Positions 27,001 to 39,000 of a stretch of 64,000 nt of DNA are shown here, one piece after another; positions within the stretch are counted from its first letter, which is position 1, and every line of letters begins with the position of its first letter. This DNA is from Lingula anatina. Lineage: Eukaryota > Animalia > Brachiopoda. Location: assembly GCA_051362555.1 (NCBI GenBank), contig CM120640.1, positions 61,358,788-61,422,787 on the forward strand, read 5' to 3'. The notes under the pieces were generated by a model that saw only the letters and a list, made by a program, of their open reading frames with translations, did not search any database and had not been told where the DNA came from. The position numbers and the translations under genes are program-made.

Positions 27001-30000
27001 TCAGCTATTCCCAAAGGCATGAACATCATGCCAGTGGGAAAGGAGTTTTGAAACCTCCACCTAATGTCACTTCTGCTTTGCACTCTCATGCCAAAGCCAT
27101 TTATACCCAATCCTAAAAGTAAGATTACCAAAGAAAAAAGTATAGCTTAGGTGGATGTGCTGTCAATCTTTCCACCTCCAAAATTACACACTTAATCAGC
27201 AAGTCCTATGCAAATAAGAGAAAAAAGTCCATGAAGGTCAGTATGCTTATTTAGAGCTGTTGCACAATCTGCTTTTTCTACCATAAAGAAGGACTCGGTT
27301 GAATGAAAACAGTGCAGTGTTATATCGTATGCTTACTTAAGCAACAAAAGCATGTTGAATGGTTAGAGAAGGTTGTATTGTAGGTATACGCTTTACAGGT
27401 GCAAGAAGGAACACCAGCATGCGTGAGTAGCTACAAGCTGTTTCTTTTCTACTTTTTGCCCCAAGGTGAAATATACTGGTAGATTTTATAAGTGAGGTAA
27501 TATTTGAGCATGCTTGCACAAATTAATTCAGGAAAGTCATGAAAGATGGCAGTGACTTTCTTGTCCATTTGTGCTGCTGTTCTTAATGTGCTTACACACA
27601 GACTTGGTTTGTGTTGGTGTTTAACTATCCTTGGATATGTTTTTACAAATATAGAACCAACAAGTCACAATGTTTTGAAAGTAAACTTGTTTGTGGTTTG
27701 TTACTTTTTATTCCATTTTATATAGAAATAAGAAAAAAGTATTACAGATACAGTCAAAGGGTGTATTTTTATGTTCGGAGCTTTTACACAGTGCGTCTGA
27801 GTACAGTCAAATGTGCAGTATTCATCTTTTATTACAGGATATAATTATTGAAAATGGTGCCCATCTAAATATCTAGAAATATTCTCTTGATTACTGGATG
27901 CTGCTTCCCAATCACTGTTCTGGAATCTGTTTATGTTAATGTTTAAATGTGGAAAAGGGGAATTATATAGTATTAACAATTCACTGAAATTTTGTTTTTT
28001 CTTTTCAGACTGAGTGAATGAAGGGATGAAATTTCACTGAACCTCTTCCAGGCAATTAAAAAGACAACCTGTGACACCAGGCTTCACAAATAGTTGCCCC
28101 AAAAATAAGGCAAATAGCATATGGAATAACTTTGCAAAAAAACTCAATTCTAGAATCATTAATATTAATAATAAAAAAAGACAAAGAGCATCATGGCAGA
28201 AAGTGAAGTGACTACATTTAGTACTGTAGACTCAGGGAATGCTTCGTATGCAATTGCTGAGCCTGAGACCATAGGGAATCAGACGAGTATCCCTACAGGA
28301 ACTCAGGTAGAGGCCTACTATCTGTTCATCACTGCTGGAGTGGGCCTATGCTTCAACTTGGTGCTCATTCTCAGCATTTTTCTCAGCAGTAAAACCAGGA
28401 AAATGACCAGTGCTTTTATCATTCATGGAATACTGCTGGACTTGGCCAAATTATACTACTGTGTGCCATTTGCACTGAGCCTCCTCCAGAAACAAGTCCC
28501 ATCCCACTGCAATATCCTTGGTGCCTCCTTTGTGACACTTATTAGCATTTCTGCATACAATTTGGTTGCAATGGTGGCAGCAGAGGCTTATGCATTTAGG
28601 GACGTCTTTGGTGACAGTGAGAAGGGGACATTTTGTTGCGTGTTATTTGGTGTACTGACTGTATACATAGCAAGTGTTATCATTCACCTTGGGCCAACTG
28701 TGATTGGAGGAAACTTCCGTTACAACGAGGAAGTTGGCAACTGCATTTACAGTAAAAATGAACTGAAGAGCTATGTTAGTTACATAATGTGGGTGGGTAT
28801 TAACTCCCTTGCAGTGCTTCTCGCCCTGTACTATGCCATTCTATTGTACAGACAGATACTGGCAAACAAGCCTCACAGGATCAACACACTTGTACGACAA
28901 GCCATCGCCCTTTCTAAAGAGCGTATGCCAAAGCAAAACATGATCAAGAAAATTGTGGATGAATCTTTAAGCAGGGTGCGTGTCATGCTGGCTGTCATCA
29001 CATGCTTTATCATATGTTGGTACCCACTGTTTCTCCTCAACATCTCAGATCCTAACTTTACACAGGACAAAAGCATTTACAAAATTTTCACCATCATGGG
29101 ATACTCCAATGGTGCCATCACACCTATTCTCTTCATTATATTTGACAAGAACCTGAGCATGATACGAAGACTGTTCTGCTGTACAAAGTGTCGAGGAGAT
29201 GATTATGGAGGTGGTAGTAGTGGGGGTGGGGGTGGGGGCAGCGGAAGGGCAGGGATGACACCCCTGATGCAAACTCCAGGACCTAGCTTTCAGTCTCAAG
29301 TGCAAATGTACCAGAGAGTTGGATGTAGACTGTGTCGAGAAGGACAAAGTCATCCTGAGGAACTATGTAATGGTGGCTATCGTCACCAAGGTCGAGTAAC
29401 ACGCGACCCCTCTTTCTGTGACTATGGTGAGCTCCATGAATACACCAGTGTCTGTTAAAAAGACACTAACGTGCTTTTAAAAATTATTTGCATTTTTGAT
29501 GTGAAAATCAATAAGATGTGAAGAGAATGACAGAAATTAATTTCTATTTTATTTTCTCAGAAAATTTTCTACATTGTTTCATTATGAATAGTAATGTTGT
29601 GTTACTTTGTATTAAAAGCAACAAAAATCTGTATTTTTGTATATCTGTGCCTCTGGGGAAATACGGACAGTTATTTTATAACTGACCACACCATCTGAAG
29701 ATACTTTTGTAACCTTATAATATATTGTATTTAAAAATGTTTGAGGAAACTAAGTTCCTTGTATTGCTCAGAGCCACTTATTTTGATTCATATCTTTTTG
29801 AGCATTTTTAGATGACAGTTTAACAAAGTTTTACAAAGAACCAAAATTTCCAAAACAACTTGAATAAGCGTAACTTTAGTAGAGGAATGTTACTCTGGTT
29901 TTTGTTTACTCTCTTGTTTACTTCACATATTCTGCAATACTGGGGTTCCTAAATGTCAGTCAAATGTACTGTGCTATCTTCCTCATACATCACTGCTTTC

Positions 30001-33000
30001 TTGTCAATAAAAACTTGTATGTTTGGGAATGAGATGTGCCCAAAGAAATTGAGTTAGAGAGTGAAATGGCTTTTGAAAACCCAGGAGAGGAGTTAGTGGC
30101 ACTGGATTGATCTCTGTAGCTGACATATCTCCAGAAAAAAAGATGAAAATCAAATACATTCATGGGACATGTGTTTTACCAAATCCAATTTTCCATTCAT
30201 GTTTTTCCAACCACGACTGTCTAGTATCTGTGTGTCCTGATACATCAAATACTCTGGGGAGACACTAAAAGTTATCAAACAAAAAATTGCCCCTTAAATT
30301 GTATTTTTCCTTGTATATACACAATTAAAACCTTCGGAGAGCAGCACTGGTTTAATTCAAATGACAACGGTACTAGAAATGTCTGATAGAATTTGAATTC
30401 CCTGCTACTGTTCACATTTTTTGTCTTTTCAGCAACAAATGACAGTATAAGTCTGGGACATTTGATTCTGTGCCTTTAGAAAAGTATCTCATTGGTAATT
30501 TCTGCCTCATTTGCCACTTAATGAAGCATACAGCAAAAAGAATTGTTTTAATGGAAACTTAACTGCTCTTTGTATATCCATTGTGCTTTTACTACACAAC
30601 CTCTGGAAACACCTTTAAAAAGGTGCAATCGAGAAATAACAACATGTCACCAAGTCATCTCCATCTTTTCATCAGCAATACTCCACATTATTTGCACTTC
30701 TTCCTTCAGGGCACAAACCGCCAAGGGCCTGTTTACATTTTGTTAAAATACACATATTCACAACTCAAAGGGGTAATTGGTGTGCCCTGGCTAACATATT
30801 AATTCAAGTTTTAAACAAATGGGTACTTTCTGCCAAATTTCTGGATGAGTAGAAATTTCAGTGTTTTAGTTTAATAACGAGTTGAAATTTTGAACGTTCA
30901 TTTGTGTATTGACTTATGTTCATGTGATGTGACAGTAACATAATTAATTTTTTTGAATAGAAGAAAAACACTGAAAGGAGTCTTGTACAAAATTAGTTAA
31001 GGAATATGTTTCAGCATACATGACACCATTTCAACACACTCGGAACTTCTTCATATAAATGTGCATAAATGTATCAGAGGCAAATAACTTAAAGCATATT
31101 AATTTAGCAAAATAAATTATTGTTTGTCTTATTTATGAAAAAAGGGAATCAAATAAAAAACTTAGAAGAAAAAGCTTTTCTAAAAATTCAGGAATCATCT
31201 GCAAAAACTATTTTATTTTATAAAATCATATTTTCATAGGTGTGAGAATGTGAACTACAGTAATGACTCTATCTTTTCAATGGGAAAAATGAGAATATTA
31301 CAGATACTGAGTTTGTTCAAGTCATATATTCTTAAGATTAGAGAATTCTTACCGAGTGGTAGCAACAAGACTGAAAAGCAGGCTATCTTATAGAACTAGG
31401 CTATATGGTAATAGCATCACAAATGCTATATAGAAATATCACTTTTATGATTCCAAAATGATATATCTGAACGATTGATATTTTTTGCCCATAGAATTGA
31501 TTGATTCATTACCTTAGTTTTTCACACACAATTTATATATCATATGATTTTTCTGGAAATATGAAAATAATACCCTGACCTATAGGTCAAATGGCTGGTA
31601 CTATAGAACCAGCAACTAGCCAAGTGCTCTGCATATTCCCACAAAGTATGTGGATGGCCAAGCCTTACATTTATAGACCTTTATCCTTAAGTAATTGAAT
31701 AATGGATTATGCTCCCAGTATAAATTTGTTTTCCATTATGGGGTCATAGGTGTTCTTATACAATGTACAGAGCAATGAGACCCCCCTGACAAAAAGATGG
31801 TTTATATTTTAAGAAACCACAACAGTAATAGTTTAATTTTTATTATTTCTTTTAAAAAGCAATGAGGTAAACCCTATTCTGCACCTGAATTTAATCTTTT
31901 CAGAATAACTGTACATGTACAGCTATCAAATTTATTTAAGTGTTCGGTTTTCTTTAACAGTGCTGTTCCTTTGTTCAAATTGGTAACTTTGTCAATGGAT
32001 ATTAGCCAACAAAGTACATTCAACATTGACTTTTTGAATTAAAGATTGAAACTGATCTCTGTCATCAAATTGTATTAGAATTAATTTATGTTCCACCATT
32101 CACCAATGTCACCTGATACACTTTATACAAAGTACAATATATTTGTATTACTTACTCACAATTTGTAACTGAATCTCTCATTTTAAATTTTTCCACTTTA
32201 TAACATATGAGGTACATAAGCCATATCTAGAAATCTATCTAGAAAGTAACATTTGAAATCCAATGCTATATTGATTTTCACTTTAAAGCTAGGTGAAATT
32301 GTTGTTCTATGTACAAGCTGCTGAACTTGTGTTATGTTTCAGTTACAATACCCAGACACGTGCATAGCTGTAAAGAAATAGCCTACAGTAAGATTTATGT
32401 GGAATGATTTCAAATATGTATGGAAAAATCTGATTCTTAATGCTATCTCAAATTCCAAATGTGTATTGTGCTCTTTTCCAATCTTCCACTCTTTTGCAAT
32501 GTTGAACCCAAGTATTAATGGTACAATGAAATACCCAATAAAAAAAGCAACTTAATTTTCCTTTAAATCAAATAAAAACAGGTTATACACAGCACAGAGA
32601 ACTATTTTTTTATTCTTAGAGAATAATGGGAACACTGTAGACAATCCTTTTAGCCCTTTGCTCCCAGGAGAGTAAAAAAAAAAGTACAGCTAACTTCTCT
32701 TCAGTTTTTATATATTGTTGTAGACCTGATTTTGGTAAGTCTGACACTCCCTTAGAAGTACCCTCCTCTGTTATTAGCACTTTCAAAAGTAAGGCAAAAA
32801 AATCCTCTTTGTGTATGAAGACTGATTCGAAAAAGAAACAGAGAAAGAGAGAGAAAGATCCCTTTCCATAGATCACAAGAAAGACAGACTTGAGCAGAAA
32901 GACACAGATCTCCAAGCTAAAATCCAGCTCCGGAAAACAGAAACCAGCCTAAAATATTTTTAATTATCATCGCTCTTTTTAGGAAAAGCATCTGTATTTA

Positions 33001-36000
33001 TTCTTACAGTGCGAGCCAGTCTATCAAAATACACACTGGAGCCAGGAATCAGTAAATTACAGATTTTGACATTAATTAAAACAAGACACTCCTTTTCATA
33101 ACCTCCATAATCAGTGCATTGTGATTCACTGATCATTCAAAAAGTATCAGAAAGAGTGGCATGCACTTGTTTTTCCCAGAGATGCCAAGAAAATAGATTA
33201 TCCTCCATTGGCAATCCAAGCACTGACAGTACTGAGGGTTCCAGGAATCCCTAACAAGTAATGCTGTGTATATTGTGTGAATCACCATCATCTTCCCATA
33301 ACATATCTTCAAATTGCTAGTGAGCAACTGAAAATAGCTTTTTGCTAGGCAGACATAACACAGCAAGCTGGCAAGAACATCCAAGTATATTGCAATTTGT
33401 AAACTCATTAAGATGCTTGCTTTAGAGTATCATGGTCGCCTGGGGCTTTTCTGGAACTCAAAAGATTATGAGAGAGTGGTTTACGTACAGTAGCAATTGT
33501 TTCCATTATTAATTATTTAAGTGCACCTAACCTTTCGATGATGACCAAGATCAATCATTTATATTCCTCTTAACATACCAAAAGCTGTTCTTATCTTCTA
33601 AACAAAAATGAACAACTAAAATAATATACTTAAATATACTTAAAAGTCATCCTGTAAACACAAACTAACTTCTGCATAATATGCATACAACAAATAAAGA
33701 ATATTAGAAACTGATAAAAGAGAAACATCTCCTTACAACTAGCTAATTAAGAAGCATGGACAAGGGCATTCAAATAATATTCAAGGTACATGTACAATAT
33801 TGTTTATTAACCATGCCCTTATTTTGTGTGTGCATCTTCATGCAAGCAAGATAACACATGTCAGCAGCGTATTTGTCTTGACTAAATTATGATAAATTAG
33901 TGAATGGTGTTTCTTTGTTGCTTTTTTTTTTTAACAAAGTCGAAGGATCTGTATGTTTATCAGAGAATGCTTTCAATTTCAAACCCTAATCACTAGTGTG
34001 TCTACTTTTACATGAATTTGAAATGTGTATGGTCTCATCAGGTCACAGAGATGATGGCTAGATAATATCATTTTTTGTAAAGATAGACCAATGGTAATTC
34101 CAATTATTATGCATCTCCTATAAACCTTTGATGTCTTGTTTCTCAAATACAAGTAATAAATATTTTCAACTTATTTCTTTTTTGTAATGATCTATTGCTT
34201 TAATTCTTGTTTGGAATAATCCGCCTGTTGTACTTTAAATGCCACTGCAACAGTGTCAGTGCCTGTGGTGGCTAGTGGCACATCAAACTTCAAATACAGA
34301 AACAGAATTCATTAATAATTCAATCATATGTAACTTGGCATGTTTTTGAGGTTTGCTCAGGCATACAGTAAAATGTAACTGTCATAAAATGTAATGTACA
34401 GTCTTCCTGAAACAAGCAGACACCTGTACCATTTGCCATTACAAGGTAGTAACACCACAGAGATAGTTATATGACTAAACAAGCAACTGATTCAATTTGG
34501 TAAGTACTTAGGAACATACACTTCCGAACACAGTATGCTTACAACCAACTTCACATGTTAGTCTAAAGATTTGTCCTCTCCCAGACAAGGTGAGCTCGAT
34601 TTATCAAGCCACACCCTGCCATTTTTAATTCTACTGGCTATCAGCATGATTATCAGACTTTAACTTTCAGTTTTTCTTTGGGTGAGGTGATATCAAAACA
34701 CACCATTAGTTACATGACTTTAATATAAGCAAAGAGTAGGTAAATCATCATTCCTAGCAAAACAGCTAAACCAATAATCTTGCATTTAAAGTATTTGTAT
34801 TGTTGAACTGCACTTTGCAGTTAGCTTTCATGCAGAGAATAATAATTAAGTGACATGTAAACATGGGGAGTCCACACAATAATCACATTTTTCCTGTGAA
34901 ATATGGCAGTTGGAATTCCATTTAGCCATTCTTCATAACTCTACCAGCACCCTCCCTCCTAGCCCTGTTTAGAAAGTATGAGGAAGCCTGGTTTACACAA
35001 TTCAACTACCAATGGGACTTGCTCTATCGGCCACAATAGGCAAAATCAATTCTTACTCCTTCACTGCTATCTTGTGCAGAATATCAAGTCCAAACAGCCT
35101 ATCTAATTAGTGTTAATGTGCAGAGAAAGTATTTTGGTAATTGATTTCTGGTTTTGCCCACAGCTCTCTCATTCAACTGGAAATGCTACAAAGAGATTTG
35201 CTACAGAGATTCTCATTTACAAAGAGGTATGGTGAAAATGGTCGAATTCAAGGCACAAAACCATGACCAGTTGCTTTTCTAATTGTAATCAATATTCCAC
35301 CAGTGCCTAACACAAGTGCTCTACAGTCTCTTTATTTTATTCTTTCTACACAGTCTCAAAGGAAGGTCTGTAATGCATCTCTGAAGTCTACATGCCTGTA
35401 TGCAACCTTTTTCACTCTATAGTATCACTGTGAAATAAAAATCGATGTCTTTTCATTGTTATCCTGCTGCCTTTACACGAGGTCAGTGAGTATGAAACAG
35501 TTTTGGGGTGAGTCTCTTGGGTAAGTTAGGCCCAGCTCAACTTGATTGTGAACAGAGCCATAGTTACCCATCAGAGTTCCTCATTCAAAGAATTTTGAAA
35601 TCAAATTATTACATAAGTTTCTATTATTAGTACCCTGCTTCCACCACCGTATTATATCAAAGGGATGTAAAATATTCAATAAAAATTAAGGAATTATCAC
35701 TTCATCAAAGCCAGTTTATATCCATGTATACATAGCTGAATTTCTTTCATCATTTTTACAAAAGAAGACAAACAAAATCCTACTCCAATAAAACAACACA
35801 GGCATGCCGCAAACTCTAGAATACTATATTTAATCATTTCTATTAATTAAAGGAAAACACATTTCCCCTCTAATATTTACCAAGTTAACAAATGAAGCAA
35901 GTCTGTTTGAACATCCTTTGAATCAGTTATTCCCATCCTTCTGTTTAACACTATTCAAACAGTATTACTGCCAATATATTTGTTTGACAAGTAAGTTTTC

Positions 36001-39000
36001 AATGACAAAAATGTTAACATCAAGATGCATAAAAAATTAAAAGAACCCACAATGAAATTTTATTAAGTCTAAATCCACCATTCAACTGTAAATTGGTTTA
36101 TTTTATAAATTCTTAAAAACCCTTATTTACCGAAAGTTAATAAAAAGCTGTCAGTCCTGCCTTGGTAACACAATCACACCTAACACAGTCATACTTTGAA
36201 CTTCTCTTCACAATGTGGATGACATCTTCAGTGAAAGCTGTCATGAATTGTTGTTCCATTACTTCATGTATATGAAATCTTCATTAAAAATTGTATCCCC
36301 TAACTTAATACCTCTTTTTCCATAAAAATACTATATTTGTGTATATTTATATGCTTATCTTATTGTTCATGCAAAATTCAGTCTTCATTGTTATCAGTTC
36401 AGACAATATTTTAGCAGACCCATTAAAACCATTAGATAACAACTCACCTTGGTCCCCTTGTTTCCAGTTTAACATGCCTGTTTAGATGCATATTTTCTAA
36501 TATAACTTTTTCTGTCTCTGAATTTGTGTAGGTTATATATGTTGGCACTTGGTCTTCTTGCTAAAATAAATATATAATCACCATGGTATAATAACCTAGT
36601 TAACTATATTTCAAACATATTTCAAAAATTTTATCAAAAGTGACAAGGGAAGAAAACACTTGGTCACTATTAGATGTGCACAATTCAGACTGCACAATTC
36701 TAAAAAAAAAAAGGCATTTTTTTTAAATGTGTATTTCATATAACAAACAAAAGCTAAAAAATCATTTAAAACCAAGTAGATTGTCAAATTCAAATTACAA
36801 ACAAAATAAATTTAGTTTTACAAACAAAAATCAATGGGAAATATATTGGTTTCATGAAAAGAAATATATAAAATATGTGCTCTACTTTTGTTCTTAATTA
36901 TCTAAAATAGTAATTTTCCAGGAAGCCTCTGAACGAATCCATGAAACTTGGAGCACACACTTAGAAAACTATGCTTTTTGGCAAGAATACTGAGGCTGTG
37001 AATATCACAGAGTGAGTGCACATGTGTACCACTTCTCTAAATCATGAAGCACACATTGCACATCTACCAACCAAGTCTTTCTACTCTTAGTACAGAAAAA
37101 AAAAGAATGTAAACACACCATGATAGATTGCATAATATATGTCTGTTATTCCTAGCAACTGCTGCTTGCCAGATGCGTTTGATGTTAACTTTACAGACAG
37201 AGAGAAATGATTTATTGGCAGTAATTAATCTTAAAAATGAATTTTGACAATGTTTTGATGACCTCAGTTGAATGATAATAAAACCTTTGTATTCCAATGC
37301 ATCTTCATGGTCTTTTTTTTTCTTTTGTGAAAACAAAATTAACTTTCTTCTCTCATCAATATGGGTACTTCTCACAGTATCTGTTATCTTGATTTTCCAA
37401 TGCTTTTTTTTTCACATCTCCATTGTGCACATGACATATAAAGTCATATAGTGGTAGTCAATGTGAAAGTCATGAAAATCCCACCCTAACTTTTAGATCT
37501 TGGAACACATTTATTGTATTTACATCATAGTAATTGCTACAGATGTGATGGGTACAAAACACTGCTTTAGGTGTGACACACTGCAATACACTAGGCTTAT
37601 CAAATCTGCCTGGCTGAAATTGGCCCCATTCAGAATAGGGGACTAACTAACTCACTACAAAGCTTGTCGTCTAATCCCCTAATAGACACTGAATAGATAT
37701 CCTGTGGGGAAGTATTCAAGTGGGTCGGCCATATTTGACCCTCTAACTAGTTAGTCTCCTATTCTGAATATGGCCATTGATTCATAGGGGTCACCTTTAT
37801 AATGTTGGACTGCTTTTGAAAACTCACTCATGAAACTGACAATACCGTAATGGAAATAATCCATCTTTTTTTGTACAGCAAGTTTATATCTATATCCAAT
37901 CTACCAAACACTGGATTCCAGATCTACAATAAGGAAAAAGAAAGTAATGAAACTACCAGAAACACTACAGTAAATAAAAAATCGCTCCTGAGTATGTTTT
38001 ACCTTAATCCAGACTTGCTCACTGAGGAAGGAAAACGGCACTGGAGGGTTGTCAGGTAAGGACTTGTGTACCTTGGAATAATCAATTGTGCGTCCATCCA
38101 GTCGAGGAGGAGTGCCTGAGAAATTTCATGTAAAATGGATGGGTGACAAGGGCACAAGCAGTTTGTTCTAACAGAAACCACTTAACCTAACAAGTGTCTG
38201 CTAACCTACCTAAAACTGTAAGAGTGCCCAAAAGAAATATTATATAATCAATATATCTTAAAATAGTTTCTGCAAAATATCTGGTGTGGACTGTACAACT
38301 TTTAGAGAGATGACACCTTTAAAATCTTGAAACATTCTAATCAGTGTCACCGGACTGTAGTTCTTGTGGTAATAAACATTTTCTTTAAATTTATGTATGT
38401 AAATGTATTAGAACATCTCAAGACATCTTCAAAGCAATATTAGCAGCTTTAACAACAGCCCACTAATTAGTCCACAGATCAATAATGTCCAATCCACTTA
38501 AATGCTTGTTGCATAATCCCTACAGGGATTAGACGGCAAGCTTTTATGTGGGTTGCAATATTTGATCCAAAGACTAATTAGTTCGCTGTTCTAAATGTGG
38601 CTACTGATGTTAACCATGAAGAATCAAACATCATCAGGTGACTGGATGCCAGAAGTACCCTCACCCAACTTTAAATGTTTAAACTCATGTTATTCCACCT
38701 AGTTTATGATGGTGATGTTAGGCAGTTTTATCATGTATGGTACTGAAAGCAGCCTACATAATCACCTGTTTTAAGCCTTCCCATAGTAAACCCAGCTCTC
38801 TCCAGGGACTTGGCCAACCCTACTGCAGGAGCATCTCCCATTCTTCCTGCAGCCCTCCTCTCCAGTCCTATATTGATTTCTCCTCTGAGAAATGTGCCAG
38901 TGGTTATAACCACAGTGTTTCCGTAAACCTTGTCACCATTCTCTGCAAATCAACTTCCTACCTTAGAGTGATTTTAGTTCTAACCCAAATCTTATCAATT

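Noticed and set aside
28873-29353. Antisense ORFs over the GPCR
   Set aside because: Shadow frames of the real CDS; not needed for the MTO1 model, which is complete without them
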